A DNA stretch of 63,843 nt, counting the filler, from Octopus bimaculoides (lineage: Eukaryota): NCBI RefSeq assembly GCF_001194135.2. It is 5 parts of 5 records of this genome, joined end to end, with 100 filler letters (N's around TTAATTAATTAA, not from the genome) between each part and the next. Parts side by side here need not be neighbours in the genome. Positions count along the whole stretch, not along the records: positions 24,586 to 56,305 come from NC_068985.1; 4 more parts are not named here. The stretch is one strand, 5' to 3'. The notes under the pieces were generated by a model, which did not search any database, was not told where the DNA came from, and saw nothing but the letters and a program-made list of their open reading frames with translations. Numbering within the stretch: the stretch's first letter is position 1; every line of letters starts with the position of its first letter. Positions 41,728-51,790 of this stretch are shown in pieces. A program made the position numbers and the translations under genes.

Positions 41728-42074
41728 TTGTCACGACTGGAATACCTTAGTGAATTTTCCTAATTTAGGCACAAGGCCAAAATTATAAACTATTTGTAAC
41801 AACGGTTAATTTATTTCGTAAAACTTTACTAGCGTAAAATTACTCCCTATGGAAGATATATAAACGCTATGTTTGAAATAATATAATTTTGCAGAATTAC
41901 CATGATTCAAATTTAACTAATTAGCCAAATACAGAATATTTTATCTCCTGTTCACGCGTGTTGCCGAGTATCTTTTTGAATTCCTCTGTCATTACAAACT
42001 CCAAACTAAAATGCTTTAATTTGTGCACTACACACAGAATTGAAGATTAAAGACACGAGGTAGTCATTTAAAGG

Positions 42075-42300
42075 TGAAGGTGCAGTAGTTAGGGTATTGC
42101 ACTCATGATCACAAGATTGTGGTTTCGCTTGCTGGACTGGGTGATGCCTTGAGTTCTTGAGCAAAACATTTCATTTCACGTTGCTCCAGTATACTCTGAT
42201 GGAAAAAATGAGTAATCCTGCGACGGACCGGCATTTCGTCCAGAATTACACTATAGAATCTGAAACATCGGCTTATGAGTCTATGGCTCGAGAAGGAGCT
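42075..42300 (+). mobile_element. SINE family E with CORE-like and V-like central segments
   Basis: ttcttgagcaaaacatttcatttcacgttgctccag followed by cctgcgacggaccggcatttcgtccag. Confidence 0.6.
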
Positions 42301-42491
42301 TTGATTCTTTGAATCGTTTAAACAAAGTAATTATATCGTTATTCCATGAAAAAAATATATGTAATACAATGTCTCTATTAACGCTATGTTAAAAACATGC
42401 CGCTAACAAAAGCAAGAAATCTCCAAGAATATAACAATACGAAAGATAAAAAAAATAATAAATGACAAAATGTTCTTCGCTGGATATATCA

Positions 42492-42497
42492 TTTAAT
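42492..42497 (-). promoter_or_regulatory. Candidate poly(A) signal ATTAAA of hemocyanin gene 1
   Basis: 107 nt downstream of the stop codon; variant hexamer. Confidence 0.45.
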
Positions 42498-42603
42498 GAT
42501 TGAAAATGTACAAAGTAACTAAAAAGAAATTCTTCATTATCAATGAGAAAAAAAAATGTACAGATTTACTAAATCATATAAATGATTACATCACTTGATA
42601 ATA

Positions 42604-43479
42604 TTATTTAGCTGGAACAAAGAAAATTGTCGGAGGAGTGAGGTACTTATTTGGTAAAGTACGACCATCGATACCTTGAATAGTAACCTTTATATCGAAA
42701 TCATCATGAGCATGTAAACGTAGTTGTTTCAAACTTGTGGTGATATCATATTTAAAAAGACGGTCAAATGCCCAGAACATCTCATGTTCTCCACCGAGAA
42801 TACAGAACGTGCCTCCAAATGTACATTCGCCATCTTTGGTGCAGATGTCGAAATTGACATCAGCAGATTGACCAATGGTACGAAGTAAGAAACCAGCAAA
42901 TATTCTGTCTTCATGTTGTATTTCTTGAAGGTGTTCTTCCAATTCAGGAATGGTCATACCGTGGAAATTAAGATTGTCATAATCATAACCAAGTTCATGA
43001 TAATCGAAAACTTTATTGCCAGTTGAATGAGCCTTTGTAACAGCGTTAGGATTGCTATCCAAATTGAATGGCTTCAGTGGCTTAGCAAGTTTATTGATTT
43101 CACAGTTGGCAGAGTTGTAAGGCAATCCTCGATACTTCTGCAATGCTTGCCATACAGACCAAATACGATCAGTATTGGAGTGATGAAGGTAGAAGAGAGG
43201 ATCATAGGAAGTATAGTGAAGGGTTGACATACCATATGGACTACTACCTCCAACCCAAGAATGAATAGCATTGTGACCGATTTCGAACTGGATTTCAAAA
43301 TCACAGAAATCTGTTTGTTCCAGAGCAAGTGCTACCTGGCGATAGAAGAATGATTTATCTCCTTTTTCTGGATCATCAAAAAGTTGAGCTCTCGGTGCTC
43401 TGGTTGTATCTTTATTGGCAACATCGATATGAGCATGGTGGAAGGGGTTGTTTTCCTCCTCAGTGACCAGTACAGGTAA
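42604..43479 (-). CDS. Hc: Hemocyanin gene 1, terminal functional unit g (C-terminal 291 aa), 5' end lost in gap
   Basis: Open frame from the contig edge: LPVLVTEEENNPFHHAHIDV..FCDFEIQFEIGHNAIHSWVGG..MSTLHYTSYDPLFYLHHSNTDRIW (CuB histidines)..PPTIFFVPAK*. Closely matches recalled octopod FU-g. Confidence 0.97.
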   Translation of the reverse strand, partial: LPVLVTEEENNPFHHAHIDVANKDTTRAPRAQLFDDPEKGDKSFFYRQVALALEQTDFCDFEIQFEIGHNAIHSWVGGSSPYGMSTLHYTSYDPLFYLHHSNTDRIWSVWQALQKYRGLPYNSANCEINKLAKPLKPFNLDSNPNAVTKAHSTGNKVFDYHELGYDYDNLNFHGMTIPELEEHLQEIQHEDRIFAGFLLRTIGQSADVNFDICTKDGECTFGGTFCILGGEHEMFWAFDRLFKYDITTSLKQLRLHAHDDFDIKVTIQGIDGRTLPNKYLTPPTIFFVPAK

Positions 43480-44604
43480 ANNNNNNNNNNNNNNNNNNNN
43501 NNNNNNNNNNNNNNNNNNNNNNNNNNNNNNNNNNNNNNNNNNNNNNNNNNNNNNNNNNNNNNNNNNNNNNNNNNNNNNNNCCTCTTATACAATGAAGTAT
43601 CTAGTTACAATTCTGAACCCTCCCGTTTATCCACTCTTTTTACTCTTTTTGTAATATAGGAAAGGAATTTTGTAGTCACTGCAGTTTATTATTCACTCAA
43701 TTTAGGGTATATTTAGAACCATTGTCTCTACTTCCATAAACATAGTTAGAAACTAGTTTGTGAACGTTATCAGCATAATCTTAAACTCTGCAGAATCCTG
43801 ATGAATGAGATTTCAAACGTAACGCCTGTTTATTAAGGAAATGAGTTTACGCGTGTAAATATAAATAGAAAAAATAATTTACTTTCGATTTCATTTGCAA
43901 ATCTTACATTGAGGCCAATTTATCTTTATTTTCTAAGTCAAAGTTTGCATATTTTTGTGCTACAAACAAACATTTGAACTTTGTTTTTAAAAACGCTTAA
44001 AGAAAATTCCTTAACATGACTTTCAAACGATTGATAACTTCTCTGATTCGCACCTTAGTTTGAAATGTATGTACTTCTTTTGTTTGTAAAACATCTAAAT
44101 ATCATATTCAAAGCAAGATTAGAGCAATAACTGCTTTGTGCTCCACCGAAACAATTCACTGTAATGTATACATTTACTTAGATCGAGACAATAAGATGTT
44201 TGGGACAACTTCGAATATTTAGTACTGTCTGTGTGGTAGATATCAATAAAGATTTCTCTTCATTACCAGTTGTGTCTCGAATGATATCCTGTGGTATAAA
44301 TTATAACTCAGTGAACAAATAATCTTTGGTCGACGCGTTTCTTTCATGTCCCATTGCACTTATATCTTATATAACTGTACATGCAGCTCGTTACNNNNNN
44401 NNNNNNNAACTATAATAGCAGTCATAGTTTTAGATTTAGCGGATTCTAACAAGACGCACACTGACCAAAACACTTCTTTATGTAGTATATTTTGACAAAT
44501 TTACATGTCAATATTTAGCCAAACTAACTGATCCCTTTTCTGATTGCTTGCCTATCAGATAACAATGTGACAATTAAGATATGTAAAAAGAAAATATTTA
44601 ATAC

Positions 44605-44632
44605 CTTCTGCGTTGTGTCCGCAAAGCCAGAA
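44605..44632 (-). CDS. Hc: Hemocyanin gene 1 signal-peptide exon 2 (FWLCGHNAE-G, 28 nt)
   Basis: Acceptor ttttttgttgtttcttttag, donor gtatt; phase 0 in, phase 1 out; completes a hydrophobic signal ending A-E-G. Confidence 0.85.
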
Positions 44633-45290
44633 CTAAAAGAAACAACAAAAAATAGAAATGCTTTCGATTATATCTAGATGTAAGACATTTAAAAACTGTA
44701 TTAAGTATGAATTGAGAAGACAAAGCAATAGAAATGTGCAATATAAATTGTTTCTAGCATTCACCATTTTAAAGATTTCTAACATGGAAAATAATGGTTT
44801 CTAATAAAGGAACTACACCAGAATGTTAAAGGAAGGGCTTTATCTGTACTGCCATTCCCAGTTCTTGGTTAATACTTCATTTTATCGACTCAGGAGATGA
44901 AATACTAAGTTTATCTCGGCGCGACTTGAACTCCGAATATATATTTTCCGACGCTGTAATGGTTCCCTCACCCTGTTACCCTGTGATGCTCAAAAGTAAT
45001 CGTTTCTGATTTAAGCACAAGGCTATCAGTTATGAGCGGCAAGCATTAATTCATACAATCGATCCTAGTACTTGGTTGGTAATTTAGTTCATCGACCCCG
45101 AAAGGATGAAAGACTAAGCTAATCTGGGAAGGATTTTAAACCAGTACTTAAAGGCCCAACAAATGCCACAAGGCATTTTCCTGTGTTCTAATGATTCAGC
45201 TGCCTCATTGCCCTCAATGGGCAAAATAATAGAATAGAAAAGTAAATTTCGATTCGTGCATAGAAAAATAAAGAATTCTGTTCAACTTAC

Positions 45291-45329
45291 GGCGAAGACG
45301 ATCGCAAAGAGACAAGGAATCTTCATCAT
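45291..45329 (-). CDS. Hc: Hemocyanin gene 1 signal-peptide exon 1 (MMKIPCLFAIVFA)
   Basis: ATGATGAAGATTCCTTGTCTCTTTGCGATCGTCTTCGCC|gtaagt; resembles the recalled octopod signal MKILCLFAFVFAFWL. Confidence 0.87.
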
Positions 45330-45370
45330 GACTTCTTCAAGTCAGTGTTCAGTCTTCAGATGAAGGCAAC

Positions 45371-45404
45371 ACTGATGAAATCTAAGAAATGCTCCCCTTT
45401 TATA
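45371..45404 (-). promoter_or_regulatory. Core promoter of hemocyanin gene 1: TATAAAAG plus TCAGT initiator
   Basis: TATAAAAG at 45404-45397; TCA(+1)GT with A at 45373, exactly 31 nt downstream; 44-nt 5' UTR to the ATG. Confidence 0.82.
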
Positions 45405-45440
45405 GCAATTTCCGTAATGCTTTGTTAGCAAAGAAGTGGA

Positions 45441-45550
45441 CACGTTTACCTCTTTTAGACAATACATCATAATTATGACATATCGTGTTATCTACAGAGC
45501 CAAGATGACATATCGAGGTATCTTTCGCAAAAAAGGATAGATTGTTATCT
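45441..45550 (-). promoter_or_regulatory. Proximal motif cluster: ACGTG, 19-bp direct repeat, three AGATA sites
   Basis: cacgt 45441-45445; atgacatatcg(tgt/agg)tatct at 45475-45493 and 45505-45523; ttatct 45545-45550. Confidence 0.5.
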
Positions 45551-45684
45551 TATAGTACTTTAGACTCTGTCCCTTACTAATATCTTAATTGTAACCTTAG
45601 ATCAGTGGTAGTCAACCATTGTTCCCTTTCCTTCCAGCAAAATCATCAGCGCCTCACAATGAAGTTTAATTTCCAACGTAATAC

Positions 45685-45880
45685 ATGACCAACATCACCA
45701 CTAACTCCAGCACCAGCACCAGCACCAGCACCATCACTACAGTCATTACTTTCACCACCACCACCACCACCACCACCACCACCACCACCACCAGCACCTC
45801 TACCAAGACCACTACCAGCACCTCTACCAAGACCACCACCACCAACTCATCATCATCACCACCAGCACCTCTACCAAGTG
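45685..45880. repeat. (ACC/AGC) low-complexity tract with 24-bp unit
   Basis: accagcacctctaccaagaccac(t/c) at 45790 and 45814, partial copy at 45861. Confidence 0.85.
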
Positions 45881-47009
45881 CCGAAAGTTGTGAACCCAAC
45901 GTTGTTTAATTTTCATTCTCTTAAAATATAGCTATTAGCTTTAGATAGGAAATTTGGAATGACGACTAGGTCTTTCAAAGTACATTTATTTATCAAATAA
46001 GCAGAAATAAGTTGTCCCCCAGCTAGTCAGTGTTTTAATTGATGGGTTAAAGATGATATAAAGTGTTGAAAATACTGACGGTAACGATCTCTGAATCCCG
46101 GAGATATGGTTAACACAGTCCTTTTGTTTTTGCCATGTTAAGTAGTTGAAAACGTCGACTGAATAAGTTTGTTCAAATAAGGCATGTGGTAATGTGTGGA
46201 ATATGATGAACAATATAAAACATTATTACTTTTGACTGTTTTAGTAACATTGTGAAAGTAAAATCTAACTCGGTATAGATGGAGTAGTAATTGGAAAATA
46301 TGAAGTATTTAACTTAGTTCCATTAATATTCTCGCCCAATTAGTTATATTGTTGCTAGTAGTTTAAATATTTCCATTTTACGCAAAGAAACATATATTGC
46401 GTGGGTGCATAATTAACGACCGCTTTTTTAAAATTCTAAATTTATTCCAAAATGAAAATTCCAAAATAAAATATATGGAAACATTGAGGTACTGGAGTAC
46501 ATGTCAAACAGTTTTCCTCTGGAATTTAGCCAGAGTAATCACACACGATCCATTGTCTTCCGCGCAACTGAAGTAGACTAACGTAGCCTTCATATTTTAG
46601 ATTAATGTAATGTAGTTATGTTCCTATTTGCTGAGGCTTTTATGTACTTCAGCCCTCACCTGACGGACTTATGAACAAAACCCCTCAAATAATGACCGCC
46701 TGCGTTTAAGACATATGATGACCGGTACAACATTATCCTATGCGCCCATGCTTTTTCGTTAAGACTCTGGTGGTATGGGTTGAAAGAGATTTAGTCACTA
46801 ATCCATGGGTCGAGCATTCTTGCAGGCAGATATCTGCCTGTAAATAGGCAGATATTTTGAGATCTTGCAAATTGAAATTAAGAAATGGACAACAGGAACA
46901 ATGCCAAATCTGACAGGAGATTGCTGACTGTGGTTTGAGACTGTTTCGAACAAACTACCGGAAAGTAACTCATTAATTTCAAGCGATTGTAAATCTAACT
47001 ATATTTCTT

Positions 47010-47375
47010 TTCTTCTACTTGTTTCACACCCTTAAGGAAGTTTTAGCCGAATGAATCGATCCCCAGTACTTATTTTTTAAAACCTGGGGTTCATTCTATC
47101 GGTTTCTTTTGTCGAACTACTAGATAGCGGGAATGTAAAAACACCAATGACCGCAATGAAGCTGTATAGAGGACAAACACAGACATATAAAGTCACACAC
47201 ACACACACACACACGCACAACCGGCTTTCAGTTACTGTTCACCCAATCTACTCACAAAACTTTGGTCGGCCTGAGAATATAGTAGAAGACACTTGCCCAA
47301 GGTGCTACGCAGTGGGACTGAACCCGAAACCACATGGCTGGGAAGCAAGGCCCCTACCACACAGCCACGCCTGCG
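47010..47375 (-). mobile_element. SINE family A, diverged
   Basis: Reverse-orientation head, core and partial tail. Confidence 0.75.
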
Positions 47376-47631
47376 TGGTGTGGTATGTATATATANNNNN
47401 NNNNNNNNNNNNNNNNNNNNNNNNNNNNNNNNNNNNNNNNNNNNNNNNNNNNNNNNNNNNNNNNNNNNNNNNNNNNNNNNNNNNNNNNNNNNNNNNNNNN
47501 NNNNNNNNNNNNNNNNNNNNNNNNNNNNNNNNNNNNNNNNNNNNNNNNNNNNNNNNNNNNNNNNNNNNNNNNNNNNNNNNNNNNNNNNNNNNNNNNNNNN
47601 NNNNNNNNNNNNNNNNNNNNNNNNNNGTATT

Positions 47632-48101
47632 AATACAAATGTATTAATTTCCAGCAAAAAATAGCCCTATAAGGGTATATATATATAAATTCATAAGAGT
47701 GGTACAACAAGGCACCGATATTTACTGGACGATAGCAATCGATATAAATACAACGCTATTGTATAGCTTCACTGCGTATATACTGGCAAACATGCGTGTG
47801 TGCAACAAACATGAAAAACTTGTCTTACCTTAAGAAGAACATTCGAAAATGGACAACCCAGATTAAAGATAATGCAGTACCCAGGTTTCAGACTCTTCAG
47901 ATACGTTTCACAACGTAAATCTGATCAGTCCTCATCAGCTGCATTTACCTAGACAATATTTCAAATGTTGCCACATCAATGCCAAGTATACTCGCCCGAA
48001 CGCCCAGCCGTTAACAGAACTGAGAACAGTGAAGAAGTTATCAATGAAAAATATTTCAATACAAATGTATTAATTTCCAGCAAAAAATAGCCCTATAAGG
48101 G
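47632..48101 (-). mobile_element. 426-bp terminally redundant hammerhead-bearing unit (retrozyme/Penelope-like)
   Basis: aatacaaatgtattaatttccagcaaaaaatagccctataaggg-(TA)n occurs at 47632 and 48058; no ORF; contains the ribozyme below. Confidence 0.7.
47858..47952 (-). ncRNA. Type I hammerhead ribozyme
   Basis: Stem I AAUGCAG/CUGCAUU plus outer CUAGGU/AUCUGG; CUGAUGA (47938-47932); extended stem II with GUGA loop; GAAA (47889-47886); short stem III ACC-UG-GGU; GUA cleavage triplet (cut between 47878 and 47877). Confidence 0.85.
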
Positions 48102-49149
48102 TATATATATATATATATATATATATTGATATTTTACAAAAAAGACTCATACATATTAATATCCACCCTTCGACATCAGAGAGATAAGAAGTGCAACAAA
48201 AATTTAGAATACTTAGATTGAAGGAAAAAGGGTTACGGAAAAATTGCACATGATAAGAAATTAACGAAGTCAACTTAGAATATTCTTTATAGCTTCTTCA
48301 CGATCTGCTGGAGTGGGTTCCTTTATCCTGATATATTTACGCACCATGCAGTTGAAGAGAAAAAATTATTGAAATTAGTCATTACTCATTATTCCCCACT
48401 TTATGCGTCATTGTTTTGAAAATTGAAAAATGATCAAATTAAACATTAGTGTGGGAAAGAATTGACTCCAACAGGGAAAATAATTTTTATTGTTAAACAC
48501 CAAAAATCATTCAGATATTTTATTAGCAGCCTCCATTAAAATCGAGGAAAAATTTCTTGAAAAACAAAGTACCAGCCACTTGACTACACCCCAAACTCTC
48601 AACTTCGACAACAATGCTGACCAATTTTTACCGCCAAAGATGATGTAACAATAGAAAATGATGATGCAATACTTGCAATGTAATGGTTTCAAATTGGTAA
48701 GGAGAAAATAATGAGGAATCAGAAATTACCCATCCTCGCTTCAATAAATGTACATTAATTTCCAATCTCATGCCTAAAATTTCTTTCGGAAAATATTATG
48801 GAAAATACTTTGGACTTTAATCAGTGCAAGAAAGTATCTAGGCAGATTGTAATTAATCAAAGTAACCGGAAGTCATCTGTTACTGCACTCAAGTCAGGAA
48901 AAATTAAAATTTGAAATTTATATCTCTTTAGCTAAGCATGTATCTTTACTCATGGATTTTCAACAAGGAGTTATCTCCCGTGTCATCTTCTGTTTGTCTT
49001 GGGCCAAAAGTTTATTAGGAAAATCTAGATAATGGGGAGGGTGTTCAGGCGCTTAAGTAGGAATTTATCGTTTTACCATTAAGGTCAAATCTGCTTTTTA
49101 TAAATTTCCTCAGAATTATACTCTTTTCTGGAATGCAGACCTTGTATCT

Positions 49150-49527
49150 CTTGGAAGAATTTATATATGATCTGGATTTTTTAGCCAACTTCCAGTGGCA
49201 TTTGAACTCAGAAAATAAAGACGGACGAAATGCTGTTGAGCATTTTGTCAAGCGTGCTAACAATTCTGCCAGTTCACCGCCTTAGTTACGCTAATAATAG
49301 TTTCAAATTGTGGTATAAGGCCAGCAAATTCGGGGCAGGGGTGTAAGCCGATGCAATCGACCCCAGTGCCCAGCTGCTACTTATTTTATCGACCCCTAAA
49401 GGATGACAGGCAAAGTCGACCTCGGTGGAATTTCACTTCAGAATGTAAAGACGGACAAAATACCGCTTAGCGTTTAATCCGGCGTGCTAATGATTCTGCC
49501 GGCTCGCCGCTTACAGTTACGCTAATA
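49150..49527 (-). mobile_element. Two adjacent SINE B-type copies; the second has a 13-bp TSD
   Basis: agttacgctaata at 49284-49296 and 49515-49527. Confidence 0.8.
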
Positions 49528-49906
49528 TTTCAATAATGTTATTGCATCCACTGTTAAAACTTCATTATACAGAATTTTAATTTACTGTCAATATCCCTTA
49601 AGTGTTAATGTGTATTTTCAGTGAATAGCAATGCGATAAATGTCTCTCTAGAGGTAATCTGTCTTCAGGGAGAATGACTTTTAATTGTGAATGATTCATA
49701 ACTGTTCATGTTTCTTAACACTCACTGTTCCTTAGTTGTGAATGTCTCTTTACTCTGAATGTTTCTTAACTGTGAATGTTTCTTTATTCTGAATGTTTCT
49801 TAACTGTGGGTGTTTCTTGATTGGGAATGTTTCTTAAGTTGTGAATATTTGTTGACTGTGAATTTTTCTGAACTCTGAATGTTTCTTAATTGCAAATGTT
49901 TCTTAA

Positions 49907-51790
49907 TGGAGTAAAGACGAGAAAGACGTGCAAATTTTACTTGCAAGGCAAATGTTGGCATGGGGAAGACGGTAGAAACTGCCGGTTTGCTCACCTGAGA
50001 CCCCGCCAAAACTGCAGGGACCTTAAGGAGAAATACTTCCCAGAGGAGAGGCACCAGTCGTCTCCAAAGAGAAAGTATGCAGATGCAACGCACTATTCAG
50101 ATGTTATGAAAATGGCAGCAGCTGAGAAAGTGTCTTTTTTGAGCATGGCGCAAAAGTTTGTGCAGCAGCTGACCTTGCCCACCACTGCGCAAGACCACCA
50201 CAAACAACAAACACGGGATGGCCTTCCTTAACGCCAGCACAGTCGTCACGCCAAAATAAACCATACTGCGAACGGACAGAATGGAAAGGAGCCATAGTAG
50301 AGTTGCTGTATACATCTGTGAGGACCTCAGGTCCCAGGTCCTACTGCCATACTCAAATTCAGTATGTGACATTCAAGTTGTATACATAAGACAACACAAT
50401 ATAGTCATATGCAATACATGTCGCCCACCGGATGCTCCAATCCACATAGGCAAGATTGAAGATTGTCTCATAAGAATTAAAGAAATCCTCATGAAACTGG
50501 GACATCACGTGAGTGTATTTCTTATGAGCGTTTTCTACTTCCCCAGTGTCAAATGGCCCGAGGGCCTCATGTTCTCAGGAATGACTCATTGCAAATAAGT
50601 ACAGGTGGAGTCGTTGCTCAACTTCACCAACACCCTATTCATGGAGCAAATTGTGCTCCGACCAACCAGGGCGAATAACATATTGGATCTCTACTTCACA
50701 AACAATATGGATATTGTTCATAATGTGAAAGTGACACCAACATTAGTTTCGGATCGCAACGTAATAGAGCTGTCTATGTATGGACCAAAAGTAGCCAGAG
50801 AATGCAGCCTAACGAAAGCACTCACAATCTATCCAGTCTGAACTTCCGTAAAGCAGACTGGAAATCGATCCGAAAAGAGATCCTCAGACAGGACTGGCCG
50901 AAATGTCTCCCCGCGCCGGACATTGGCATGGAACTAGAATATTTCATGTCTGTTATGCAAACTATGTACCAGAAATATGTCCCAAAGCACAAGGCCAACA
51001 CAAAAAGGAACAAGATTCCAAGGGAGAGAAAGATCTTCATGAGACGACGGACGAGGGTTGCAAATCGCTTCATCCAACATCCCAAAAGCAGGGAAAGGTC
51101 CCGCCTAAAAACAACACTGATGGAAATTGAAAAAGCCGGAAACAACTCTGCGTGAAGGAGAGAGCAAACAAAGCCTGGGTAATAAAAAACATCAAGTCAA
51201 ACCCAAAGGCCTTCTTTCATTATGCCAAAGAAACAGTCTCAGTATGCTGCAAAATAGAACCCCTCTTCCAGAAGGATGGTTCCCTCACAGATAACCCAAC
51301 TAGGATCAGTGAGGTACTTCATGACCAGTTCAAAAGTGTCTTTACCACCCCGTTGGAACATAGACAAGCGAACGAATCAGTGGATTTCTTTGCCTCTTCA
51401 CCTATAACCAGTGAAGAAGTCACAATGGATTACATCGACTGTGGTGAAGAAGATATAGTACTAGCCATAGATGAGGTGGACGCAAACTCAACTGCTGGCC
51501 CTGATTGTTTTCCAGCAATCCTCCTCAAATCGTGCAAACGTGCCCTAGCAAAACCACTACAAATTCACTTCAAGAGTTTTCTCGCAAACGGCAGACTGCC
51601 AATCAAACTGAAGGAGAGAATAATATGCCCAATCTATAAAGGAGGAAGCAGAGCAAATGAGGGCAGCAACATCAAGCTCCCTTATTCACCAAATACCACA
51701 TATCAGAGGAGGCTCTCAATAATAACAGTGTAGCAAAACGGCGGTGCCCCAGCATGGCCACAGCTTTGAAAGGAAACTGATAAACAAAAC
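49907..51790 (+). mobile_element. CR1-clade LINE with CCCH-finger ORF1 remnant, APE region, RT deleted, intact 3' UTR
   Basis: CKFYLQGKCWHGEDGRNCRFAH; PTRANNILDLYFTN; LNFRKADW; KSNPKAFFHY; AGPDCFPAILLKSC; CPIYKGG joined to MRAATSSSLIHQIPHIRGGSQ* (TAA 51720-51722), then the ggcggtgccccagcatggccacag tail. Confidence 0.88.

Noticed and set aside
45372-45392. CTGATGA...GAAA on + in the hemocyanin 5' region
   Set aside because: No stem II, stem I or NUH; a chance match overlapping the initiator.
46390-46800. Mariner-like terminus gtgggtgcataatta
   Set aside because: No matching second TIR or transposase motif found.
48884-48890. TGCACTC metal-response-element core upstream of hemocyanin
   Set aside because: Isolated 7-mer 3.5 kb away; the same motif occurs inside a SINE; expected by chance.
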